Origin: Planctomycetota bacterium
GTDB lineage: Bacteria; Planctomycetota; JAFGQW01
Assembly (NCBI GenBank): GCA_016935485.1
Contig: JAFGQW010000084.1
Coordinates: 1,450-65,449 of the forward strand
Reading direction: 5' to 3'
DNA length: 64,000 nt
Numbering within the stretch: position 1 is the first letter of the stretch; each line of letters starts with the position of its first letter. The position numbers were made by a program, and so were the translations under genes. Of the stretch, positions 28,217-37,102 are shown in pieces. The notes under the pieces are model-generated. The model ran no database searches, was not told the DNA's origin, and was given only the letters and a program-made list of their open reading frames with translations.

Positions 28217-28583
28217 GGCGTTCTGGGTCCTCGTGGATGGCTAGGGTCAGCGGCACGGGAAACGCTGCCGCCGGACCGGTCCACCGGTGGAAGGTCCAAC
28301 CCTTGCGACGGCCCAGCCCGGGCCCCAGTCTCCGTCGCTCTCGTGACGCCGAGGATAGCACGTGGCGCGATCGATTGCAACTGCAATCGCACAAGCGAGT
28401 TACCAGGGAGCTCGAGGCCCGGGTTTACAAACCCGCCGGGCCCGCCTACCATGGCGGGCACGGGGCATGCGCGGCCGGCGCCAGTCCCGCCGCGCGCGGC
28501 CGCGTCCGTCGAGGTGCCCCCAGCTCGGAAGGCGGCGCGCTCATGCCCGACCCGAGGCGTCCGGTCCGTACGGGCGCATTCCC

Positions 28584-29765
28584 ATGACCGCTCGCGCTCC
28601 GGTCGTGCTCTTCGGTCTGCTGTTCTTCCTGATCGCGACCGACCAGTTCTGTATCCTGCCGCTCCTCCACGTCATCGGCCGGGACCTGCATCTGAGCACG
28701 CTCGAGCTGTGTCTCCTGGTCACCGCCTACCACGGGTTTGCCGGCGCCTTCGGGCTGTTCGTCGGTCCGATGATCGACCGCCGCCGGCACGGCGGGGTCT
28801 TCCTGATCGGGCTGGTGCTCTTCCTCGGCGCGAGCGTGCTCACCACGGTGGCGCAGTCCCTGGCGGTGCTCCTCACCGTGCGCGCGCTGGCCGGCCTGGG
28901 CACGAGCGGCGTCGGCGTCGGCGTCTCGAGCTTCATCTCGACCCTGGTGCCGCCGGCCCAGCGGCGGGTGGTGAACGGGCGCGTGATGGTCGGCGCGCTG
29001 CTGGGACTGGTGCTGGGACCGCTCGCGTGCGGCGCGATCGCGCTCAAGCAGGACTGGCGGTGGATCTACGCGTTCCTGGCGGCGGTGACCCTGCCCACCG
29101 TCCCGATCGTGGCCGCGCTGGTCCGCAACCTGCCGCTGCCCGCCTACCGCCGCCGCCTGGTGCTGGCCCGCGGCTACGCGAGCCTGATGGTGCGACTCGA
29201 GACCGGCAGCGGCATCCTGGTGATGTTCCTGTTCACCGGGGCCATCGGCGGCATCATGGCCATCCTGGGGCTGTGGCTCTTCCGGTTCCCCGACGTCGAC
29301 GTCTTCGACGTCACCAAGGTGTTCGCCGCCGGCGGCCTCGGGCTCTACGCGGGCGGCAACCTCAGCCAGGGGCTGGCGCACCTGATCGGCCGCAAGCGCC
29401 TCGTGGTGCTGTCGAGCCTGCTGCTGCTGCTCTGCTTCTTCTTTCTCTTCTGCATCGACGAGTGGGTCGGGCTCGTCTACACCGCGTTCTTCTTCACCGC
29501 GCTGGTCGAGTCGGTGCGGCGCGGACCGCTCCAGGGCACGCTGGTCGCCATGGTGAAGACGCGGGAGATGCCGACCTACACGCTGCTCAAGAACGGCGCC
29601 GGCCACGTGGGCACGGCCGTGATGGTGCCGATCATGGGCATCCTGCTCGAGGCGGGAGGCAACATCGAGATGCCCATCCTGCTGGCGGTCGCGCTCACGA
29701 TCTCGGCCACGCTGGCCTACTTCTTCTTCGTGCGCCCACCCGTTCACGAACCGGACCGCACCTGA
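28584..29765 (+). CDS. MFS-type transporter.
   Basis: Internal Met of ORF 28362..29765. Twelve hydrophobic segments. MFS loop 2-3 motif-like (GPMIDRRRHGGVF). 393 aa. Confidence 0.78.
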   Translation: MTARAPVVLFGLLFFLIATDQFCILPLLHVIGRDLHLSTLELCLLVTAYHGFAGAFGLFVGPMIDRRRHGGVFLIGLVLFLGASVLTTVAQSLAVLLTVRALAGLGTSGVGVGVSSFISTLVPPAQRRVVNGRVMVGALLGLVLGPLACGAIALKQDWRWIYAFLAAVTLPTVPIVAALVRNLPLPAYRRRLVLARGYASLMVRLETGSGILVMFLFTGAIGGIMAILGLWLFRFPDVDVFDVTKVFAAGGLGLYAGGNLSQGLAHLIGRKRLVVLSSLLLLLCFFFLFCIDEWVGLVYTAFFFTALVESVRRGPLQGTLVAMVKTREMPTYTLLKNGAGHVGTAVMVPIMGILLEAGGNIEMPILLAVALTISATLAYFFFVRPPVHEPDRT

Positions 29766-30583
29766 CCGCCGGCGCCCCGGACAAACGCCGCCATGCCCTT
29801 GAGCTCCCGGCGAAGCCGCGGCAGCCACCACGCCCGCATCGGCACCGGGCCCACCTCCACGCTGATGTTGCCCGCGTACCGGTCCGCCAACAGCCGCGCC
29901 AGCAGCGCCGCGAGCGGCAGCACGCCGGTGCCGGGCACCTGGTGGTGGACGAAGTGGTTCCGCAGCAGACCGTTGTCGACGAGCGCCGACCCGGGGCGGT
30001 AATCGCTCAGGTGGACGTTCTCCAGACGCGGGCCGAACTGCGCCGCAGCATCGAGGAGATCGTGCCCGAAGGACGCCGCGTGCGAGGTGTCGAGCGTGAG
30101 ACCGAGGTCGTACTCCCGGGCGAAGCGCACGAGCACGGCGAGGTCGGTGAAGGGGTTGCGGTCATCGGCGCGCCGCTTTCGGCCGAGGTTCTCGAGCGCG
30201 ATCCGCACGTCCGCGCCCGCGGCGTGGCGCGCCTCCTCGATGCGGCGCCGGAAGCGGCGCGCCTGCGCGTCCCCGGGGTCGGCGCAGCGCCGGGGCGGGT
30301 GGGCGACCACGCGGGGGGCGCCGAGCGCGCGCGCCAGCCCGACCGCGCGGCAAAGCCCGCCGCGCCGTTCGCGCCACCCGGGAATCCAGACCAGCGGCGG
30401 GTGCACAGCCGCGATCTCGAGCCCGTGGTCGGCCACCAGCGCCCGCACGCGGCCGGGCCCGCGCACGACGACCTCGGGAGCGACCACCAGCTCCAGGCTC
30501 TCGAACCCGGCCTCGGCCGCCAGGCGGCACACCGCCTCGAGCGGCAAGCCGTAGAGCGCGCCGGTCGACAGGCTGATCCTCAT
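29744..30583 (-). CDS. Sugar phosphate isomerase/epimerase (xylose-isomerase-like TIM-barrel, AP-endonuclease-2 fold).
   Basis: Start at the internal ATG (MRISLSTGAL) with a GGGAGGGGAG RBS. Motifs LELV, ALENL and HLSD fit metal-binding TIM-barrel isomerases. 279 aa. The 3' end overlaps the MFS gene by 22 nt (convergent). Confidence 0.68.
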   Translation of the reverse strand: MRISLSTGALYGLPLEAVCRLAAEAGFESLELVVAPEVVVRGPGRVRALVADHGLEIAAVHPPLVWIPGWRERRGGLCRAVGLARALGAPRVVAHPPRRCADPGDAQARRFRRRIEEARHAAGADVRIALENLGRKRRADDRNPFTDLAVLVRFAREYDLGLTLDTSHAASFGHDLLDAAAQFGPRLENVHLSDYRPGSALVDNGLLRNHFVHHQVPGTGVLPLAALLARLLADRYAGNISVEVGPVPMRAWWLPRLRRELKGMAAFVRGAGGQVRSGS

Positions 30584-30660
30584 ACCAGCTCCCCTCCCGG
30601 CGGGAGACGTATTACACTTGGCGCGCCTCGACAACCGTTGCCCCGCGGATCCCCGACAAG

Positions 30661-32382
30661 ATGGCCAGACCCGAGAAGCTCTTGCGTATCCTCGAGACCA
30701 TCGACGGGCGGGGCTACGGCGCGTATCGCGACATCGCCGGGCGCTTCGACTTCGGCGAGTTCATCCTGTTCATCGACCACGTCCAGGCCGATCCCTTCGC
30801 GGCGCCGAGCCGGGTGCGGGTGAACCTCCCGGCCGGCATCGCCGCGCTCCCGCCGGAGCTGTACGCCGATGCGGCGGGCCGCGTGGCGGTGGCGGACTTC
30901 CTCGCGCGCCGCGCCGCCGAGGCGCTCCACCGCCACGGCCGCGGTATCCGCGGCTCGGGATCGAGCGGGCTGATCCGGATCGACGGGCCCGGCCAGGAGA
31001 TCCTCGAGCACACCGCCGTCACCCTGCGCCCCGGCGGCATCGTGGACGCCCGCTTCTTCGTCGGGCTGCCCGCCAAGAACCGGCGGGTGCTCGCGCGCGT
31101 CTGCCGCTCGATGATCGAGTCGGAGCTGGTGGCCGTGCTCGAGGAGGCGCTGCTGTATCGCAACCTCGATGCGGACGCGCTGGCCGCGCACGTGGCCGCC
31201 TACCGGACCCAGGAAGCGCTGCGCGCCCGGCTGCCCGCGCACGGCCTCGTGGCGTTCGTGGGGGACGGCGCCCGCCTGCCGCGCCGCAGCGGCGTCGACG
31301 ACCGGCCCCTCGAGGACGACCGCGTGGTGCCGTTCCGGGCGCCGCCCGAGCACCGCGTCGTCCTCACCCTCGACGACGGCCGCCGGTTCGCCGGCATGGG
31401 CATTCCCGCCGGCATCACGCTCATTGTCGGCGGCGGCTTCCACGGCAAATCGACCCTGCTGCGCGCCATCGAGCGCGGCATCTACAACCATGTGCCGGGC
31501 GACGGCCGCGAGCTCGTGGTGACGGACCCCACGGCCGTGAGGGTCCGGGCCGAGGACGGCCGCAGCGTGGCCGAGGTCGACATCTCCGCCTTCATCCGCA
31601 ACCTGCCCTGCGGGCACGACACGACGGCGTTCTCCACCGAGCTCGCGAGCGGTTCGACCTCCCAGGCCGCCGGCCTCCTGGAGGCCCTGGCGGCGGGCGC
31701 GCGGGTGCTCGTGCTGGACGAGGACACCTCGGCGACCAACTTCCTGATCCGCGACCACCGCATGCAGCGGGTCGTGCCGGCCGCGTGCGAGCCGATCACG
31801 CCGCTACTCGACCGCGCCCGCGAGCTCCACGGCCGGCTGGGCGTCTCGATCCTGCTGGTGCTCGGCGGGTCGGGCGATTACTTCGACGTCGCCGACACCG
31901 TGATCCACATGAACACCTTCCGACCCGAGGACGCGACCGCACGCGCCCGCGAGGCGGCCGCCGCGCTGCCGACGGGCCGCACCTCGGAGGCGCCGCCGCT
32001 TGGCGCCGATCTGTTCCCGCCGCGGCGCCTGCTGCCCGCGACCTTCGCCGACCCGTCGGCGCTGCGGGGCGAGGCGCGGCTCAAGGCGCGGGGCACCAGG
32101 ACGATCCTCCTCGGCAAGCACGCCCTCGATCTCTCGGCGCTCGAGCCGCTCGTCCACCCGGCCCAGGTGACCGCGCTCGCCGAGGGGCTCCGCCTGGCCC
32201 GCGACCACTTCGCCGACGGCCACCGCACGGTCGAGGAGGTCGTGGCATTGGTGATGCAGCGGCTCGACGAGGAGGGCCTCGACGCGCTGACCCGGCGCCC
32301 GAGCGGCGGGCTGGCTCGGTTTCGCGGGCTCGAGCTTGCCGCCGCGATCAACCGCCTGCGGAGCCTGCGCATCGCGCGGTAG
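30661..32382 (+). CDS. Predicted ATPase of the ABC class (COG3044 / ABC_ATPase family), not functionally characterised.
   Basis: 573 aa. Walker A motif (GGGFHGKST). Walker B-like LVLDEDTSATN. The N-terminal region is typical of this uncharacterised P-loop family. Confidence 0.68.
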   Translation: MARPEKLLRILETIDGRGYGAYRDIAGRFDFGEFILFIDHVQADPFAAPSRVRVNLPAGIAALPPELYADAAGRVAVADFLARRAAEALHRHGRGIRGSGSSGLIRIDGPGQEILEHTAVTLRPGGIVDARFFVGLPAKNRRVLARVCRSMIESELVAVLEEALLYRNLDADALAAHVAAYRTQEALRARLPAHGLVAFVGDGARLPRRSGVDDRPLEDDRVVPFRAPPEHRVVLTLDDGRRFAGMGIPAGITLIVGGGFHGKSTLLRAIERGIYNHVPGDGRELVVTDPTAVRVRAEDGRSVAEVDISAFIRNLPCGHDTTAFSTELASGSTSQAAGLLEALAAGARVLVLDEDTSATNFLIRDHRMQRVVPAACEPITPLLDRARELHGRLGVSILLVLGGSGDYFDVADTVIHMNTFRPEDATARAREAAAALPTGRTSEAPPLGADLFPPRRLLPATFADPSALRGEARLKARGTRTILLGKHALDLSALEPLVHPAQVTALAEGLRLARDHFADGHRTVEEVVALVMQRLDEEGLDALTRRPSGGLARFRGLELAAAINRLRSLRIAR

Positions 32383-34599
32383 TCAGGCGGACGCGCCGGG
32401 ATGGGGCCTCGCAGCGACCGGCGCGCCGACGCGCCGGACCCGCTCGAGCCACGCCTCGAACGCCGCCCGCTCGGCGGCTGAGAGCGGGTGGCCGCCGTAA
32501 CAGACCGCGTAGAGCCGCTCCACGATCGGCACGAGCGGCGTCTCGACCAGGGGCTCCACGCGCGCGGCGAACTCGAGCGGCGTCTCGCCCCGGCGCGGCC
32601 GCACGCCGCGGCGCTGCAGCGCGCCGAGGAGCTCGAGAATCGGGTGGCGCACGCGGACCGGCCCGGTCTCCGGCGCGGCGGCGCCGTCCGCGGCACCGGC
32701 GGCAAGCCGCCGGCGGCGGAGCGCAACCATCGCGAGCAGCCCGCCCAGCACGACCAGCAGCACCGGCCAGCCCACCGCCTCCACGATCTCGCGGGCGCGG
32801 GCCAGCAGATCCTGGTAGAGCGTGAGCTGCGCCGCGCCACTGAAGGAGTCCTGCGCGAGCGCGAGCTCGGCATTGGCCGCCTCCAGGGGCAGCGTCTCGA
32901 ACGGAAGCGCGAGCCCGAGCGCCCCGGCGTCGCCCGCCGGCGCAGGATCGACGGCGACCCAGCCCAGCCGCTCGAAGTGGACCTCGACCCAGACGTGGGC
33001 ATCCTGGCGGCGGAAGACGAAGCCGGGAATCGGCCGCTCCCGCCACTCCCCGCCCAGGTATCCCGTCACCACGCGCGCGGCGAGATCGGCGTGGCGGCAC
33101 AGCACGGCCAGGCCGTCGGCGAACCGCTCGCAGTGGCCGGCCCGCGAACGGCACAGGAAATCCTCGGTCGGGTTGGCGCCAAACTGCACCGGCCCGAGCT
33201 CCAGTGTGTAGCGAAACGGCGGACTGCGCAGGTAGCCGACCAGCGCATCAAGCGCTTCCGTGCCGCCGCGGGCGCGCGCCACGAGCGTGCGCGCCAGGCT
33301 CGCCACCTTCTCCCGGCGGGGCCGCTCGGGGACATGGGTGTAGTGGTCCTGCTCCTCGTGCCGGGCGTGAAGCCCGTGGCGCCGCACGAGCTCCCGGACC
33401 TGCTCCCAGCCGTAGATCACCTCGCCCTCGACCCCGTAGCGGGCGCGCGGCCCGAGCGGGCGCGCGAAGACAAGCTCCTCCTCGGGGTGGCCGCGCAGCG
33501 CCCGATCGACCGCCACGCGGACGGGCCGCCCGAGGCTCACCACGTCCGCGCGGCCGTCCGGGTGCAGCGGCCGCACGTCGAGCCGGTAGCCGGCCCGCGG
33601 CCGGGGCGCCGGCCCGGGCAGGTCGACCCGCCCGCGGGCGTCCGGGCGGTGGACGCGCGGGTAGTGGGAGCCGCTCGCGGCCCAGCCCTGCTCCCGGCAC
33701 TCGTCGAGGACGTGCGACCGGAGGTAGAGCCGGCCGCCGTACTCCGGAGGCAGCTCGCGACCGTGCGCCTCGAGCCGGATGCGCACCGAGTGAACGGGCG
33801 CCGGATCCCGCCGGATCCGGCCGTGACGCGTGAGATCGAGCGCGCGGCTCGGCCCGGTCCGGAGCGAGCCGGCGCGGGAATCGCCCGGGGCCGGCTCGGC
33901 ATCGGCCTCGGCCACCGGCGCCGCGGATCCACCGAGCAGATCGAACGCACCGGTCAGCGTCGCGTAGCGCGGCAGCAGGTAGAAGACGGCGGCGCCGAGC
34001 ACCCCCAGGACCGGCATCAGGACCAGCGCGAGCCCGGCCAGCCGAAGCGCGTGGCCGCGCGGCCGCAGCGGGCGGACGCCGACCGCGTCCACCTCGCGCG
34101 CCACGGCGTACTGGAGCAGCGCGAACACCAGAAGCGGGCAGAAGGCAGCGCCGAGCAGCCAGGACGGCGTGCGCGCGAGCGTCATCCCGTAGAGGAACTG
34201 GCAGACGGCCACCAGCCCGAGCAGCATCAGCTCCTGCACGGTGCGCCGGCCCGTCCACAGCGCCGCCTGCGCCGGATACAGGATCACCAGCCCCACGATG
34301 CTCAGGCCGTCGAGCGCCGAGAAGCGGTTTGCGGACGGCTCGAGGTACGGGCGGAGCACGGCCACGAGCACGAAGTAGGCCACGACGAGAACCACCGCCG
34401 CGCCGGCCGAGAGCCGCGGCGCGAGCCACCGGTAGACGAGACAGCCCAGCAGGCTGAGGCCGAGCGGCGCCGTGACCCAGGCCGGACCGCGCACCCGGGA
34501 CAGAGCGGCCAGCGCAACCGCCGTCAGGAGGAACACGCCGACTGCAAGACCGCGCCGCCACCAGGGCGCCCGCCGTTCCTGCGTCCCCGGGGTCGTCAT
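32383..34599 (-). CDS. Transglutaminase-like membrane protein (N-terminal TM bundle, Cys-His-Asp transglutaminase core, C-terminal TM and DUF4129-like tail).
   Basis: Start at MTTPGTQ, overlapping the DUF58 stop (ATGA). Core motif (GHCERFADGLAVLCRHADLAARVVTGYL...DAHVWVEVHF...D). 738 aa. Confidence 0.8.
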   Translation of the reverse strand: MTTPGTQERRAPWWRRGLAVGVFLLTAVALAALSRVRGPAWVTAPLGLSLLGCLVYRWLAPRLSAGAAVVLVVAYFVLVAVLRPYLEPSANRFSALDGLSIVGLVILYPAQAALWTGRRTVQELMLLGLVAVCQFLYGMTLARTPSWLLGAAFCPLLVFALLQYAVAREVDAVGVRPLRPRGHALRLAGLALVLMPVLGVLGAAVFYLLPRYATLTGAFDLLGGSAAPVAEADAEPAPGDSRAGSLRTGPSRALDLTRHGRIRRDPAPVHSVRIRLEAHGRELPPEYGGRLYLRSHVLDECREQGWAASGSHYPRVHRPDARGRVDLPGPAPRPRAGYRLDVRPLHPDGRADVVSLGRPVRVAVDRALRGHPEEELVFARPLGPRARYGVEGEVIYGWEQVRELVRRHGLHARHEEQDHYTHVPERPRREKVASLARTLVARARGGTEALDALVGYLRSPPFRYTLELGPVQFGANPTEDFLCRSRAGHCERFADGLAVLCRHADLAARVVTGYLGGEWRERPIPGFVFRRQDAHVWVEVHFERLGWVAVDPAPAGDAGALGLALPFETLPLEAANAELALAQDSFSGAAQLTLYQDLLARAREIVEAVGWPVLLVVLGGLLAMVALRRRRLAAGAADGAAAPETGPVRVRHPILELLGALQRRGVRPRRGETPLEFAARVEPLVETPLVPIVERLYAVCYGGHPLSAAERAAFEAWLERVRRVGAPVAARPHPGASA

Positions 34600-35744
34600 C
34601 CGCGCCTCCTTTCGATCCAGCGCACCAGGCGCGGATCGTCGGCGCGCACCACGATCTCGTCGGGGTGCACCGGCTCCCGGGGCGGCTCGTCCAGCACGAC
34701 ATGGACCCGGCGCACCGCGTGGCGGCGGCGCCGGCGCCCGCAAGCCCGCGGCAGCGCTCCCGGTCCCGGGCCGTACCGCGCGAGCAGATCCATCGCACGG
34801 ACGAAGGTATGCGGGTGCGCGTCGACCACGGCCATGCCGGGCCGCGCGCCCTGCACCTCGAGCCGGAGCCGCACGCCCGTGCGGCGCGCCTGCTCCAGGA
34901 GCGCGGCGGTGAACGCGACCGCGCGCTCCGCCAGCGCGGCGAGCTGCGGGGTGGCGCGGCCGCGGCCGTGCAGGACGACGTCCGTCTCCCCCTCGGCCTG
35001 GGCGCGCATCTCCCGCACCACGAGCTTTCCGAGGCGCGCCGTGGCCCGCCACGAGATGCGGCGATAGCGATCGCCGGCCCGGTGGTCGCGCAGCCCGTAA
35101 AACTCGTCGTCTCCCGAGCGCACCACCTCCTCGCCGTCGCCGCGCGCGTGCGCCCGATCCGCCGCGACGAAGCGCGGCTCGAGGAAACCGGGCACGGGGT
35201 GGACGATGAGCTCCAGATGGACCGGCAGCACGGCGCGGTGCCGCACGAGGCCGAAGGGAAAGAGCGTCGTGACGCGCACCCACTCCAGCACGTACACGCC
35301 GCGCCGGGGGACCCGGTAGAGCCCCTCCACCCGCCGGCGCACCCCCACGGGGGCGTGGACGACCAGGAGGTGGCGGCCCCGGAGAAAGCCCGGCGCGATC
35401 CGGAGGCCGTGAGCGCCCAGCCAGCCCCGGCGCTTTCGCACATCGACCGTCAGCCGGAAGGGCCGGTTCGCGAGCACCCGCCGCGGCAGGTTCACGCGGA
35501 GCTCGAGCCCCCGGAGCACGGCGCGGCCGAGCGGAATCGACAGGAGCAGCAGCGGCGCCATGAACGCGCTCACGACCACGAAGGCGTTGCGGTCCCCGAG
35601 GAACCCGGCCGCCCAGAACAGCAGCGTGAACGCCAGCATTCCCTGCCCGGGTCGCGTGAGCGACCAGGAGGGCGGCCCCACGGACTCCAGGCCCGGGACC
35701 TCGTCGGGCGGCGCGCGGCGCCGGTGGCTCGCGAGCGCGATCAT
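34596..35744 (-). CDS. DUF58-family protein (vWA-like, the usual partner of MoxR ATPases).
   Basis: DUF58 signature (GDDEFYGLRDHRAGDRYRRISWRATAR). N-terminal TM hairpin. Start chosen at the ATG (MIALASH) with a GAGGAA RBS. The ORF-track start at 35783 is a GTG. 382 aa. Confidence 0.82.
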   Translation of the reverse strand: MIALASHRRRAPPDEVPGLESVGPPSWSLTRPGQGMLAFTLLFWAAGFLGDRNAFVVVSAFMAPLLLLSIPLGRAVLRGLELRVNLPRRVLANRPFRLTVDVRKRRGWLGAHGLRIAPGFLRGRHLLVVHAPVGVRRRVEGLYRVPRRGVYVLEWVRVTTLFPFGLVRHRAVLPVHLELIVHPVPGFLEPRFVAADRAHARGDGEEVVRSGDDEFYGLRDHRAGDRYRRISWRATARLGKLVVREMRAQAEGETDVVLHGRGRATPQLAALAERAVAFTAALLEQARRTGVRLRLEVQGARPGMAVVDAHPHTFVRAMDLLARYGPGPGALPRACGRRRRRHAVRRVHVVLDEPPREPVHPDEIVVRADDPRLVRWIERRRG

Positions 35745-35808
35745 CGTTCCTCGGGGGTGCGGCGGCAACCGCGCGCGCCGCACGGCCGGCCGGGGAATCC
35801 ACGCCGGC

Positions 35809-36789
35809 TCACCGCGGCACCGGCAGGCCTTCCAGCAGCTCGTGCATGCGCCCCTCCGCCGCCAGGGAGTCCAGACCGACCCCGTCCCGGAAGACCACCC
35901 GGTGGGCGCATACGGGCACGGCGAGCACCTTCACGTCGTCGGGAATCACGTAGTCGCGGCTGTGGACCAGCGCCCGCGCCTGCGCCGCGGCGGACAGCGC
36001 CAGCGACGCCCGCGGACTCATGCCCACCTCGATCTCGGGATGATCGCGGGTCGCGGCGGCGATGGCGAGGATGTAGTCCTCGATCGCGGGGTCCACGCGA
36101 ATCTCGCGCACCAGCGCCTGCAGCCGGACCACCTCCTCGGTGGCGAGCACCGGCTCCAGCGCGTGCAGCGGATCGACCCGGCGGCGGGTGCGCAGCACCT
36201 CGCGCTCGCTCTCGCGGTCGGGATAGCCGATCCGGATGCGCATCAGGAAGCGGTCGAGCTGAGACTCGGGCAGCGGGTAGGTGCCGAGGTACTCCTGCGG
36301 GTTCTGCGTGGCCACCACCAGGAACGGCGCGGGGAGCGGCCGCGTGATCCCATCGACGGAGACCTGCCCGTCGTTCATGGCCTCGAGCAGGCACGACTGG
36401 GTGCGGGGCGTCGTCCGGTTGATCTCGTCGGCCAGCACGACGTGAGCGAAGATCGGACCGGGCTGGAAGACGAAGGTCGCGGTCTCGGACTGGTAGACGC
36501 TCACGCCCAGCACGTCGGAAGGCAGCAGGTCCGCGGTGAACTGGATGCGGCGGAACCGGCCGTGCAGGCTCTGCGCGAGCGCCCGGGCCAGGGTCGTCTT
36601 CCCGACGCCCGGGATGTCCTCGAGCAGGAGGTGCCCGCGCGCGAGCAGCGTCACCAGCGCGAGCTCCACCACCTCGGGCTTGCCGAGCAGGATGCCGGCG
36701 ACGTTGTCTCGCATCCGCGCCAGCGCGCGGTGCTCGAACGCGCGCGGCGCCGGGCCCAGCGGCGCGGGCAGGCTTGGTTCATCGGCCAC
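35809..36789 (-). CDS. MoxR-like AAA+ ATPase.
   Basis: Walker A ([15 protein letters not shown]). Walker B (VVLADEINR). Sensor motifs. About 326 aa with the GTG start (VADEPS) preceded by GGAGGA. An ATG 25 codons downstream (MRDNVAG) is the alternative start. Confidence 0.88.
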   Translation of the reverse strand: MADEPSLPAPLGPAPRAFEHRALARMRDNVAGILLGKPEVVELALVTLLARGHLLLEDIPGVGKTTLARALAQSLHGRFRRIQFTADLLPSDVLGVSVYQSETATFVFQPGPIFAHVVLADEINRTTPRTQSCLLEAMNDGQVSVDGITRPLPAPFLVVATQNPQEYLGTYPLPESQLDRFLMRIRIGYPDRESEREVLRTRRRVDPLHALEPVLATEEVVRLQALVREIRVDPAIEDYILAIAAATRDHPEIEVGMSPRASLALSAAAQARALVHSRDYVIPDDVKVLAVPVCAHRVVFRDGVGLDSLAAEGRMHELLEGLPVPR

Positions 36790-37102
36790 GATCGCAGATC
36801 CTCCTCGGGGTACTGCGCACGCGACGCGCGGGCGCGGCGCGAGCTCGCCGCGCGCGAGCCCTGCATCTGCATGAGGGTACCGGAGATGGCGCGAAGTTGC
36901 AAACCTGTCGTGCGGCGGGCGCGCCGTGGCGCCGCCCCCGGGGCGGCACGCCGCCGGTCGCTCGGTTACCGCCGCCGGGAGGATGTGGTAACCTTTCTCG
37001 CAACGGGGCGCTTGTGCCCGGGGGGGCGGCCGGCAGGGGGTGCGTGGAGCGCCCCCGATCGCTGCGGGCTCGGCCATGGCGTCTGGAACGGGACCGGAGA
37101 GC

